Shown here: positions 41,366 to 54,925 of the stretch, in pieces | How positions within the stretch are numbered: the first letter of the stretch is position 1 | Layout: each line of letters begins with the position of its first letter | Assembly (NCBI GenBank): GCA_003344405.1 | Contig: NOWV01000012.1 | Location: 62,001 to 126,000 of the forward strand | DNA: 64,000 nt | Direction: 5' to 3' | Source of the DNA: Trichoplax sp. H2 | Lineage: Eukaryota | Made by a program: the position numbers and the translations under genes | Notes under the pieces: generated by a model | Databases searched by the model: none | What the model saw: only the letters and a program-made list of their open reading frames with translations | Told to the model about the DNA's origin: nothing

Positions 41366-44300
41366 TTACATTTTATCTACACCGTCAATGCCAAGTAAAT
41401 GAAAAGATTTTTCCATAATTATAGCAGTTGCTTCACACAATATTAATCGATTCATATTAATCTTTAAAATTTCGCCCGTTTTCCTATCTTTCTCAATGCA
41501 ATAGCAGGTATCATAGAATTCAGTAAAAGTACAAGATAACTCGTACATAAAATCGCATAGCGGATGTAACAATAAGTCATCTAAAATTTTCTCTAGAATC
41601 TCAGGAAATCGTAATATTAGTTTAGCTAATTTCCACTCTTTAGGATGATCAAATTCAATCGAAGCACTTTCAGCAACTTTCGTCAGTTCTGAAGAGCTAA
41701 CATTAGCCAATCTTGCAATAGACCTATTAATATAGAGTCAATTACGAATTTATCACAAATGATGCTCACAAAAGATTTCATGCTATATCATTGCGATATA
41801 AAACCAGCGCGTGTAAGCATACTTACCTAATGCGGGTTAGAGCATATAACAGGTATACGGCCGTATTACCTTTGTCATCAAGCATCTGTAAGAGAGTTAG
41901 TAGCTGTTTGTAAAATTATGTGCGTAATAGTGGGAGAATATCATAAAAAAATACGACAGAGTTAATACCTTATCGAAGGAGAAAATATAGTCGCCTGTTC
42001 TGTTACGCGATAAATCAGCATATTTGATACACCCATAGGCGACAGCTTTAGCAGCAACTTCCAACTCTTCTTTCGATAAAACCTGCATCATCATTTAAAC
42101 AATAAATTAAATTTTTATAAATTTTAATACATGCTATATGTGAAGGACATGCTGCAGTTATAAACTTTTAACCAAAAAACATGCCTCGAACCCACCTTAT
42201 CTCTTCCTTTATCAATTAGCTTTGCTTTTGCTCTTCGAATTCCTTCATCTAATAGATCAACCAAGCGGACGGTATCAGTAGATCGAGTCTTAAATTTTTT
42301 CCTGATAAGTTGTATACAGGTATTAGGAATAGTCGAAGTGAGATCTATTATCAGTAATCTATCCGACTAACTTGTCTTCTCCTAAAACAACTCCAAAAGG
42401 AACATGAACTACGCGAACGTGTTTTCTGTTAACGTATCCAACAGCTTCGCTAGCTGAAAATATGATCTCGAAATGCAGGCCCTAGCATTAATAGACGCAA
42501 ACTATCACTACACAAGTTTTTAAATAGTATCCTTCACAGTGACATACTAATAAAGTAACATGAGTATAAAAATCTGCGAACCTGTCCTCCATCAGTAATG
42601 TAAATCAGCCAATCTGCCTTTTCATCCATAACTCGTTGTCTCATCGCAGCCATATCGGAGGTATCATAAGTGAAGCCTCCATCTGATTTAACGATCGTTA
42701 ATGGTACTTTTATATTAGGTACTTTCAATATTTTTCTTCCTTCATCAAGCTCAAGTAGACCTTTAAACGAATTGTAACCAAAGATCAGATGCTCACGAGT
42801 ATATTGCAAAGTCATCGCCAAATAAACTGTCCATTATTACAATGTATCAGTTACCTCGTGTATCTAGATCTTTAACGACATCAATCATCATATCCTGATA
42901 AAAAGATTCACCACGATTGACTACTTTCACGCCAAGCCGCTGATAGATTTTTTCAAATTCTACGATAAATTCCAGATCAGGGATATACGAGTAAGTTACT
43001 TTTTTTTAAACTTCAACGGTTATCAAATCAGATGTATTGATAGATTCCGAACAGTAAACCTATGATATTTGATAAAGATTTTAGGCCTACCGTTCTTTGA
43101 TACATCACATATCATCTCCCACGCTTTAAAATAATCACTTTCACGGGCCTGTAGTTTCACAACAGCTTCATACGCTCTTTTTTTAAATACTGCATCTTCA
43201 TCAAATCGCACTTTCGCAGCCTGTAAAATCAAGGGAATCGAAAATTTGTAATAAAAATAACGTAATGTAGTTGCTCAACTACGAAAGTCATATAAGGTGA
43301 ATTATATATACAATATATGAAAACCTTATAGAAAGCCTGCAAGTCTGCGATTGGAGGTGATTGGTTTAAATAGTTTGGGAAAGTGTCACGAAGATGAGCT
43401 ATTAGCATTCCAAACTGGGTCCCCCAATCACCTAGGTGGCTGATTCTATATTTAAAATGAAGTTATCTCGTTTAGAGAGTTTACTCTAATTAATGTACAC
43501 AGATACATGACCATTACAAAATCAGTAGGCCAAAGTTAGTCTGTAAAATTACGCCTTACCGCACAACGTCATGTCCGACAAATTCCAACAGTCTAGAAAT
43601 ACTGTCCCCTATTATGGTAGATCTAAGATGTCCAACATGCATCTCTTTAGCAACATTTGGAGAAGAAAAATCGACAAGAACGCGCATTTTTCGATTCATG
43701 ACCGGGGGTCTTACTCCATATATGATAATGTCGCTTAGTAACGATAAGATAAAATGCTTCTTGATAGTGATATTGATAAAACCAGGTCCAGCTATTTCAG
43801 TCTATTACGAAAAGAGATTTTTATCGTTTAAAATTTTGGGTTTTATTGTACAATATAAACACCTTTACACAAGTCTTATAGTCATATCAAAATCAAAATT
43901 ATTCAACGATTGAAATAATTTAATATAAAGTGGTACCTTTTCCAATACGTCATTCGCTGGGAGATGCTGAATAATCTGTTCAGCAACACTACGTGGAGAT
44001 AAAGATTTACCGTTTTCTTTCAACACCTGAAAGTTGGACATGTTAATTAGATGCGATTTAAGCTAAAATTATACTATTAATGGGATTGTATGAGCAAGAC
44101 TATATTCTAATTTCACCTTTGAAAGGATCATAGCATTATTGCATTGGTAATCTCCAAATCTTTCTTGAGTAGAAGAGTGTACGATTGCAGAAATCGATAC
44201 ATCTGGAAATGCTTTTACGATTGCCTGTTCAAAAATTCCTTGCACGACCTTTTGAATATTTGGCATAGCTTTACGCTTTGAAGCTTGCAGAGCTTCCTCT

Positions 44301-45495
44301 TCCTTTTTGATACTCTATTTTATGTTACAAATCACAGATTTAAAAGCGCAATTCCAACTGCGAAGTTTGACATTCGTTAAAACACGGTAAGCACAAGATG
44401 TAATGATTAGTAATGCAAGGGATTTAAAATCTGGGAACAAGGTATGCCATCCGAAGCTGCCATTGAGCACAGCTTATAAACCATTATATAGCAGTTATCA
44501 TGACCACTTTACAGAGTACTATAGATCAAACGGTAACACACCAATAGATCATAATAGTACGAGTCTTACTCTGTATTACAGTCTGTCTATAGTAAATTTC
44601 TTTACTTGCATTTGAGTAAAATTAAAAATTAAATAAATTTTGCTATAGCAGTACTATTAGATTACAACGATATAAACAAATTTTTATTATTGTTATCCCT
44701 CATATTCTAATATTATATTGCACGACAATCAGAAGTTGGCCTGATCCGAATCACAATTATATAATTAAGTCAAGATTTTTATTCAATTGAATACGAAGAG
44801 ATAGCATATATTATTTCAACTGCTAGATAATTACCAGATTCAAATGATAAATTCGATATCTTAATCTGTCATTCTGAGATTTTAGATCATTCACAATCAT
44901 ATCTGTAGCTTTGCCTTGGCTGCTTGGATCCGCATCCTTTTCCAACTGCTGGATTAACTTTTTTAATTCTTCGATTTCTGCTTCCTAAGGTAGTTACAAG
45001 CATCAATTGTTATAATGGTTGACAATAGTTAGACACTGTAATGTGACCCTTTTAAATTTAAATTTAGAGTTACAACTAATTAGCTTATTCTCATGTACCT
45101 ATTACCGTATAATAAGTATAACATAAATACGACATGGTACGTATTTTCAAATAGGTACAGGCGGAACTAAAGGAATGACCTATTTGACCGTTGCTTTCAT
45201 AAGATATATCCGAAAAATCACTATAGTATAAAGTGTATAACCATCTTTACTTACTGTAAAATATGCTGCGCTTTTGTTCAGCAAAGTGTACGAAAAACCT
45301 ATACTAAGATGGTTTGCCAAAAATCTAGCAGTATACGTAATTAACTACCTGTAACTGTAAAAAGCTAAGAATTGGCCAATAACTATACTATACAAATATA
45401 CTTTCATAGTTTAATGATGAGAAACGCAAGACAGCTTTACTGTAGCACTTTACTTTATCCGATAAAGAAATGAAGATTTTCATACTGTCTGACAT
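41366..45495 (-). CDS. RARS1: Cytoplasmic arginyl-tRNA synthetase with metazoan N-terminal coiled-coil extension. Exons 45495-45454 (tentative), 44984-44835, 44314-44117, 44026-43937, 43801-43560, 43445-43325, 43220-43091, 42959-42855, 42760-42582, 42481-42372, 42301-42196, 42082-41969, 41885-41827, 41723-41366
   Basis: [41 protein letters not shown] (HIGH-type), [56 protein letters not shown]-terminal [14 protein letters not shown] junctions are phase-consistent. The first exon is less certain. Confidence 0.95.
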
Positions 45496-46010
45496 TACTC
45501 ATCAATAAAAGGTGAAGTTGTCCATACTGTGCTGAATCGGATAAAGGTTTAGAAAAGTTTGGCATTACACGAGAGCAAATTTCGTAAATTCCTATTCTTA
45601 CAGATTCAATTCCCTTTTTTTTTTATCTCTATGGTTAATTTATAATCTACAGTACATAACTGTACAAGTCTATCATTTACAGTGCAGTAAACTGGCAACA
45701 TCCCTAATGGTGAATAAAACTCGCTAATAAAGCTGTATTGATGATTCAAGAAGCTAACGAGTTTTCAAAGCCACACAACAGTGTTGATTTACTGTACAGT
45801 ACTGTTGGCAATTTCCTACTGGCAATAGGCAGGGATTCCAGATTTAGTCCTTCATACGGCATACAGTTCTATTATATCATCTATTTACATGCACAGTATA
45901 GTGCGTATATTGAAAATGTTCTAACCGTGTTGGACGTCCTTTTAAGTAGATCTTCCATTCTCTTCCTCATGCGCTAATTTACCGGGATGTCAAGGGAAAG
46001 TGAAGGGTCA

Positions 46011-46554
46011 ACACGTTGTGACTTAGTATGGATTACGCCACCACTATTAAAAGACCGTGATTACAGTCATTCATAGACCTCTCAGAAACGATCGTACCGT
46101 ACTGTACTGTACAGTACAGTATTATTGCCCATTTATCTACAGTACTGTACAGTACTAATCAGGTACACGTTGCGACTTAGTACTGTACTGTATGGATTAC
46201 GCCACCACTAAAAGACCGTGATTACAGTCATTCATGGACCTCTCAGAAACGATCGTACAGTACATGTGTACAGTACATACTGTACTGTACTGTACTAATC
46301 AGGTACACGTTGCGACTTAGTATGAATTAGCCACCACTAATAAAAGACCGTGATTGCAGTCATTCAGGGACCTCTCAGAAACGATCATACAGTACAGTAC
46401 ACTCACAATGCACAGTACTTTGTATCGTAAACAACGTACGTACTGTACACTACTGTACAGTACATTCTAACACATACAGTACAGTACAGTATATTATTAT
46501 TAATACACTGTACTGTATTATTGCCCATTTATCTGTACTGTACTAATCAGGTAC
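46011..46554. repeat. Tandem array of three ~87-bp cores (46011-46097, 46165-46258, 46305-46390) with variable CAGTA/TACTG-rich linkers
   Basis: Core acacgttgYgacttagtatggattacgccaccacta..aaagaccgtgattacagtcattcatRgacctctcagaaacgatcgtac. The linker motif tattattgcccatttatct..gtactaatcaggtac recurs at about 46120-46166 and 46516-46554. Confidence 0.95.
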
Positions 46555-47825
46555 CTGATAAATCATGATGATAATGCGTACAGTACAGTACTGAACACTA
46601 ATGTACTGTACTACAACTAGAAGTACTGTAGAACCGTAATACAGTACAGTACAGTACAGTACATCACAATCTATTATACTGTGTACATCGATTGAGAATC
46701 CTTTCTCTGTGTAGCAGCATCTCTCTCTCTCTAATAATGAACTTTGTACCTGACGGACTTGAAGTAATAAAGTTCTCCTCTCTGAAACAGCTTTCTCTCG
46801 TCTCAGTCTAGAACTAGAAAGACACACTGTAGCTTAGCAGCAGTTTATAGCTAATTTGGATGCGAATAGTGGACAGTATTGTACACTTAAATGTACAGTA
46901 CAGGAGAGTGTACCGCTGCCAACATACAGTACAGTATTCCAACTTGATGTTTCAACATCTCAAACCATGGCTTTTACTTACTGGAATTCATACACAAAAT
47001 TTGGGCAATTCTATCAACATTTTATTCCGTAGCTCAAGTTTTAGATATCATCGAGCGACGGCAAAGTTAGCCGTGAATTTTTAACTCTAAATAAATAAAT
47101 TCCATCGCGCGTATTCCAGCCATACATCATCCCTACCTCAGCAACGGTAATCTGCGATTACAGTAAATTGCAGATAGTTTTCAGACGACGCGGTAAACAT
47201 GACGTAAAACATGCAGATAATGCGCTCCATCATGAACTGCTAAGATCTTTCAGTAATCTACGTTGTCTCAACTCCATAATTCATGTAATCAAGTGATCGA
47301 ACCCGAGATTTATGTAAAACTGCCGCTGTAGGAAAATTCCTTTGTATAGTAATAACTTATTTATTGAGATCTTGGTCTATCTTGACCCTTGTTAGTTTAA
47401 TAATTATAATTATATACGTGTATAATTATCGTTGCTAGACAAAATACTCGTTCAATGGAACGATAAACTCGGCATTACAACTGCTTTTAACCCTATATGA
47501 TTTAAATAAACTTGCATTGCTGATAATTAATAAAGAAAATTAATGTGCTAAATTACTGCAGTACTCGTTTATATATACAAATTTACTCTTACATACAGTA
47601 CAGGTATAGTGATTACAATATAAATAATAAATAATGATAACTAGGCCATCAGAGCTTCTCTATTTTAGTTATTGTTAATAGCGCTACATAACTGGTATAA
47701 GGTAGTAAGGTAACAGTCTCTCATACGAGGATGTATATGAGCGCATACGATTGCAATGACTCAGGTTAGTTACAGCTGAAATCGCAGTTAAATATTAAAC
47801 CATTAATCAGATATTCTATCTTTTG

Positions 47826-50800
47826 TTAGAATAAATTCAGAGTAACATTGGCCAAACTATTATGATGAATTGTATGACCATTGAAAGCCAGAACTAAACG
47901 ATAAATAGTCACACTTGTTCCAGTGATACCACATAAGCAGCCCAAAATGATAATAATAATGTCTTTCAAGATCATCCATTTGGAAACAGGAGGACAATAC
48001 GAATAATGTGTTCCAATCTCGATCAAAGCAGGGAAAACCAGGCACGCCATGCTGCCCAAAAAAGCTCCAATTAATGAAATAAATAAACCAAGCTTAGGAA
48101 CTGCAATCGCTAGAGCAGCTAATTAGATTGATATAACCACGTTAATATCATTGATACATATTAAATTATCACTCTCGTATCTCGTACAGCACACTGTACT
48201 GCTGCTATAAGAGCTACTACTGTGCTTATGCTTAAGATCCTAAAATTAATAAAAACTAAGAACTACACTATTTACCTGTTACTATGACCATTATAGTTCG
48301 ATATGCTAGATCAATTGATCCTTTTTTGATCTCACCAGCCTCAGCTAATGCATTACGTGACAAGTGTGTCAAAACCAGGTTCGCTGGGACGTAAAATTGC
48401 AGCAAATATGAGAGGAAGATGCTTATAGCATACAGACCACGAACACTTAGATATAGACTGAAATAAGCGGATAAATAAAATCATCAGATCCCTTTCGAGC
48501 AGTTATTTCGCAATGTGGGATTTACATTTGTTTGATAATTTGTCTTGGGAGTTGAAATGTATAATAAACACTATAGCAAAGCTAACAGGGAATAGAGTTA
48601 ATATATTTAGAATAATTATACTAAAAGATCTAAGGCGATAAACAAACATAACACCAAAATAGGAGTTGAATGCCATTCTGAGTTTAATAACAATTTTGGA
48701 AAAATGAAAAATATAGACTTATCAAAATTTTAGTCGGATGAAATACCGTATTATGTAATCCACTTACGGTGTTTTTGGTAAATTAAGTGTAATGCTACCC
48801 AGACTATAAGAGCCGTAACGAAGATAACCCCCAACAGCCATCAACATGTAGCAGATTGTAATAAAAGTCTGTGCTGCCCATAAAACTTTACTAAAATTCT
48901 TAGGCTTTTTCATCCTATTTTCTAGTGGAAGAACCTACAACAGAAGCAGTTATGTCTATAAACTCATAAAGTGACTCCATATTTATTACTAATTACGATA
49001 ATCTACAACGAAATGTCTGCTAAAGGGCTAGAATAATAAAAATCATAGTTCTATCCACTATAAAAAGATATTACTCACAGCACATATGCCTTCAAAAGCA
49101 AAAATGATACTTCCAAACGATAGGGGAATAGCATCAAGTGATGCAATTAGTGGTAGCTTTTCTATATGATGAATGCCTTGAAATATATACTGGTAAATAA
49201 TGATTAAACCAGTAACCAAGCAAATATTTGCGAAAAATGACATGTAAGACAGGATGTCCAGTGAGCGGATGTAACTGAAAACTATAAGGGGAGGCACCAG
49301 TAGCAGCATCCATATTTTTACATCAAAATGACCAACTAACTATTATATAAAGAATAGAGCGATTTAAAATTGAATGCCTCCCGCACATACACCAAGTCAC
49401 TTACTAACACATGTACTAAAGAGATCACATATAGGTAAACTACATTGAAATATCACATGGTAACATAAATCAATGAGATTTTTACAGAGTCAAATGTTGT
49501 TACATAAAATTTTTATTTACCTGCTTAAGATTTTCAGCCATAAAGAGTATATATGTTGCGCAAAAGCCATACTGCATCATCCAAATTACACAATTGACAA
49601 ATTTTCTATCATTTGCGGACGTTTTCAAAATAGAAATTATAAGTTTAAAACTTTTCAAGTACAGTCCTACTTTCAAACCGTAGTCATAAATAATTTTTAA
49701 AGCATTTTCCTTTTGGCGTATAATAAAACAGCCTAAATATTAATAAATTTAAACGCGATACCTATTTATAAAAAAATTATCTAGTCTACAAGTTAATTAT
49801 TATAATACAGCTTGACTGTTCGTGCGTTTAACTTTTGACGCAAGCTTACTGGATTATTTTAAAGTATTTTGCACAGTAATTTACTCTCACAATGATTTTA
49901 ACATTAAACACCTCTAGAAAGCCTTGACTCATTAACTCATCCGGAATGATTTTATGATAACTGATATAAGATACCGCAGTAAATAAAAAATTACTACAAA
50001 AAGGTTAAACTAGAATCATAGTGTTGTGTACTTTACCAGTAGCGCACTTTATCAACTCTATAATCATTTTGCTATGTAATGCATTCCAACACTCTTAACT
50101 AAAAAAGCCATAAGCCTACTTTGTCTTGAAAAATCTATATTTCTTTATACTATGGACTGTTTACAAGAATTATCTCAACGCAGTTAACAAATTATTGTAA
50201 TGTAGTATAGTATAATGTAATACATGGTAATCGACTGTTTAACGACAGCATGTTACCTTGTAGAATGGATTTTATCATGCCAATATTTTAAACTAACCTA
50301 GCATAAAAAGATTTCTTTGGAAAAATTTTAATAATGCTAAATTCAGCAGTTTTTCCGTAATCAACAGATGGTGCCTTAACACTAAATAGGAAAAACGACC
50401 GTTTCATAAGTTTAGTTGATATCATCAAAGGCACACTAACGCTTATGTAAATGTATGATTGTTATTATTATAAACCGTTAGTAAGATTTAAAATGATAAA
50501 TTAGATAATATTTACTACACTCGTATATATTCTTTGAAATACAGTAATACGACTGTATTTATGAAGGAGCATGTTTAGATAAATGTTCGATATAAGACTT
50601 ACTTTTTGCTGATTATTTGACTACTTGTAACCAACATATGCATACAATGAGTGGATAAGACAGCCATAAACAAAAGGAGAATTGGTCCAAACTAGAAAAG
50701 CGGAAATACAGTACTGTAAGTAATATGGATACAGTCCATACGCTATACTGTATAGTCTACAATATCTGCAGTATTGTTCATTGTATTAATTTCGCATCAC

Positions 50801-51940
50801 ACAGGTTTACAGCGTAGTGGTCAATCGTAGTGTGTTGCTTAATGATAAATTATAAATCAGGCGACTATACACTGTATACAGTAATGAAGATAAAGTATAA
50901 AATTCTTGCAATCAAGATCGTAATGACAAGTGTAGAGAAAGCACAGTACAAGAACGCACCATATCAATTTACAGTGTACAGTGTTACGGACATAAAAAGG
51001 AGAAAAATCAAAATAGTTATACGAATATACCGTATAGCGATATGCTTTCAAGGGATTTTCATTCTATCATATAACTAACTACAACAGTATGCTATGCTAT
51101 TCGAAAATCTGACATTTGTCAAAAAGTTGTAAATCACAAATTTACAGCGAGTACTGCGGTCTAAGGTAATGTTCTGTACTGTACGTATGAGTATACAGTA
51201 CTTACCAATAACCCGGAGTTTTTCATAGCAAACGGAAGACCCAATATACCGGTTCCGAGATTGACTTTTACTAAAGTCATAAATCCTTCCCAATCTCTAA
51301 TTATATTAGGATTAAAATATGGCAATTACAGTCAGGTAATTTTTAATATTGTGTTGTTACAGTGCTATTAAGATAGTTACTATTATAATAATTACATCAT
51401 ATAATGTATGGGAAAACAATACTTTTTACAGTAACGGAAAGTGAGATCTTTTTTAATGGACAATAATTTCGTATGAAGGAAACATATAATGCAGCGCAAT
51501 CATTTCATCTTTTCAAAATTAAAAATGCTATTTCACATCAAAGATATATGGTGTATGGAACGAAGAGAAAATCAGTTCTAGCGTACTAATTTTGAAGGGT
51601 AATAAGAAAAATATTATAGCCAATTCCAATTTAAAACCGAGACTGTCAAGTGGTAAACGTAAAGTAGAGAGAGCTAGTGTAAAAACGGCGGTGTTTTGTA
51701 TCAAGCTTTAATATTTTAACTTTTCTTTGATTTTATATACTGTACACTGTACAGTACTCGTATATCGACGAAGCAATAAAATAGACATACTGACCTTAAT
51801 AATTTGCCTTCATGAACGGTGTCAGTTCGTTCGTCTTCCGGCAGTAATTCTTCGCATTCTTCAGAGTTGATCTCTGAACCATATCCAACGTTATCCACTG
51901 GATTTAATAAAGGTTTACCTAACTTATTATCATCATTCAT
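47826..51940 (-). CDS. SLC36A: SLC36 proton-coupled amino acid transporter, copy A. Exons 51940-51795, 51296-51206, 50691-50603, 50381-50298, 49605-49521, 49339-49079, 48934-48768, 48457-48276, 48118-47826
   Basis: LVKVNLGTGILGLPFAMKNSG, HCMHMLV, DYG, QYGFCATYILFMAENLKQ, IRSL..LS..SFFAN, IFAFEGICAVLPLENRMKKP, GYLRYG..GSITLNLP, SYLLQFYVP, AIAVPKLGLFISLIGA. Acidic dileucine ECEELL. Confidence 0.92.
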
Positions 51941-54925
51941 TTCGATAGTATCGAATGCCTTGCTAATACGTTTACAAGCACCATTAAATGATATGTGAAC
52001 AAATACCAATTTATTACTTCAAACCGCGAAGTTTCGACTGCAAATTTTATCGCTAAAATTGAAGATGCGGGTTACACCCGTATTCTCACGATTAAACTAA
52101 GAATTTGAAGCCAAAAACTGTAAAGCAGCAGTGTAAAATGCTAATGAGATACAGTCCATAGATTTAACGATCACGATCATTAAACATAAACCAGAAGCGG
52201 ATAAAATCCCTAAACTGCATCTAATCCACTTTAATTAATATCACTGTGTTATATATGGTGATACAATACAATATCTGTAATATGATTGATTGAAACTTGT
52301 GACATGTGACCCACAGCTAGTAAGATGTCGCGTATTGTGGTATCCAAGATGATTGATAGCTTGTCCTCCTTTTTAAACTTTCATTTGCGAAATCGAATCA
52401 GTTTATGAACCTAGCAGTAATACTTGATGCAGCATGTTTATGATCGCAAACATAGAGGATTATTAACTCTATTCCAGTACTGGGAGACTATGATAATAAA
52501 GTGTAGGTAATAGCAAAATTAATTTACTGGTTAATAGACGCACGTAGTAAATTTAGTTTACGGACGATGCCAAAGGCCACCCCTTGATGAGTGATAAATA
52601 TCTATAAATAATTTAATTTAATTTAATACTCAGGAGACCCTAAATTAGAGTCGCTAGTAGAAAAGGCTTATAGTTGGCCCATACATGGACTACAAGAAAT
52701 ATTTGTAGTCTATGGTCCACGGTAAGGTACTGTAATCTATCCAGATCTTTTACACAGCATGGTCAGCGTGGTATATAGAGTACCGTTACAACCAGTCAAT
52801 AACGAACTAACGCTACTCGCTGGTAATACTGTCAACAAAGACAATAAGCAGACAGCGTACACGCCCAAAATATCAGTTTGCGAACTGTGATTGTATTTAC
52901 TGAAAAATAAATGGCAATCAACGATGTAGTACATCGTAATTCTTGAGCTAATACGGACAGGAAAATAGAAAGTTGTATGTGTCGTTGTTATGTATTATAT
53001 TGTGACACTAGGTCAATAATACTTGACAGAGTTAAACACGTTAAAGTAGCTTTAAACACAAAATCACTTTATTCTCGATTGCCTTCCCATAAATTACTTA
53101 TGATAAGTATACTGCATCAGAGTCATATGCGTAACAAGTCTTATACATAACATACGTGGTTAAAAATTAGCGTGAAAATATCAAAGCTGGCTGCATCTAC
53201 CTGTATTCATTTTAAGGTTTTGATTGAAAACCTACTTTTATGCGTGTGTCACCTACAATTTGGAATTCAAATCTAACGTAAAGTGCACTAGCACAATATG
53301 CTATCACTTCGCTGACAGAGACGTTGGTACTTTGTACAGTATGCAGTTTTATATAGCAGCTAAGGTAGATAATCAAGTTAGATAATCGATACAGGATAGC
53401 AAAAGAGGTAATAAATTAGTTAAGCGTAGTAATATCCGCAGTTATAACGTAAACTACCCCGTTAATTAAACATATTTTGTCAGACCTAAATTTATGCAAC
53501 GTACACGATCGTATTAGATACTATAGAACATAACGTAAAAAATAAAATAGCTAGTATCGCATACTCACACAAATCGCTACTGCATAGTATATAAGTTTAC
53601 AGTAATATATAACAACCAGGACCAGAAAACATTTCTTTGTATTTTTACCAAAATTTTTTGGTAGCCTTGTAATTACGAGTAATGATTTTATGCTAAATAC
53701 AGTACTAATCTTTAAGTCAATTGTGAATTTTGCGCCGGCATCACCGTGCTGCTTCTCATTTTTATATTACCAACAATAAAGTCGAAAGCATCTTAAATGA
53801 GAAAAGGAAAATTTTCCATTCTGCTTAATAAGCTATTCGCATATGAAAGCAAGAACTTTTACATGTAAAAAGTCCGCGATTACATATTAAATCACTTAAA
53901 ACTACACACTCTTATGTCAGATATACGACTAATGTTATTTTATATGATGTAATGTATTAGTAATTGTCATATCTAACGACACGTATTTTACTAGCGTGGA
54001 GAAGATATGTTATTGTAATGTTCAACTCATTAAATTACACATTAATACAATATTACAACAGATTATACTGTGATTATATCGCTGCTACTACAGCTTATCA
54101 CCATTATTAGATTATTTCTAGTTTAAACTAGGTGCTGAAAGATAATATTACATTAAATAACCGTTATCAAATACTTTGAGAGTTAACTCTAATTCACATA
54201 ACTTATAATTATATTAAAATTAAATTATTGCCAATTCATGAATCACGATACAAATTTTCAGTGAATTATTTAATGATGGTAAACAGTTGTTTTTATGAAA
54301 GAATTATCTGCAAAAAGCAATGATAAAAATACGCGTACGGGAATATAGGTGCAACGGATTAAAGGTGAGAATACGCATAGTAGTAATGGGCAGTAGGAAC
54401 TCCAAAAGATACTATAGGAGCTAGTTTACATTATAAGTGAAGATCACTGCACGTAGTGCGAGAGAGGTGAGAAACAGAAAACACGCTATGGTATAAGCGT
54501 ATATAAAGAGCTACTAAGATCTTCTAGTAGCCTATGGCTGTGTATATATTTATTCAACCAAGTAACCTACCAATCCGCAAAATAGACTTAATAGAGTGAC
54601 AAAATTACCTTTTAACATTCACTTAGAATTGCATAAATAGAGAGTAATAATATGCTCGTAAATAGATAATTCCAACATTATCCGTATATACAGCAAAGAA
54701 AAAGAGTTAAAATCATAAATAGTGAATACTAGGCCGTCAGTATTACCTCATTTTTGCCATTATTAATTACAGCAATCAGAAAGTACTCTATATAATAGAT
54801 TGTACAATAACAGTATCTCATACAAAGATGCATATAGAATCGAAACGATCAGTATACTGCTGTCGCCATAGTCGCAGTTAAATATTAAACCTTCAATCAG
54901 AAATTATATCTTGGTTATCAGAGTT

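Noticed and set aside
46011-46390. Hammerhead ribozyme/retrozyme repeats or U3-like snoRNA
   Set aside because: CTGAGAG on the minus strand is not CUGANGA, and the GAAA is on the other strand. The resemblance to U3 boxes is only a few bases.
46011-46554. CRISPR array
   Set aside because: Eukaryotic context, ~87-bp repeats, spacers made of pentamer microsatellite and shared linker sequence, and no cas genes.
47295-47335. tRNA or SINE (GGGTTCGATC B-box on the minus strand)
   Set aside because: No A-box or cloverleaf stems.
51075-51293. CDK-like kinase N-terminus (YEKLRVIGK)
   Set aside because: Alternative frame of SLC36 copy A exon 2; no GxGxxG or later kinase motifs.
52737-52934. Coding exon upstream of SLC36 copy A
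   Set aside because: Open on both strands for about 50-65 codons, but with no recognisable motif or convincing splice partners.
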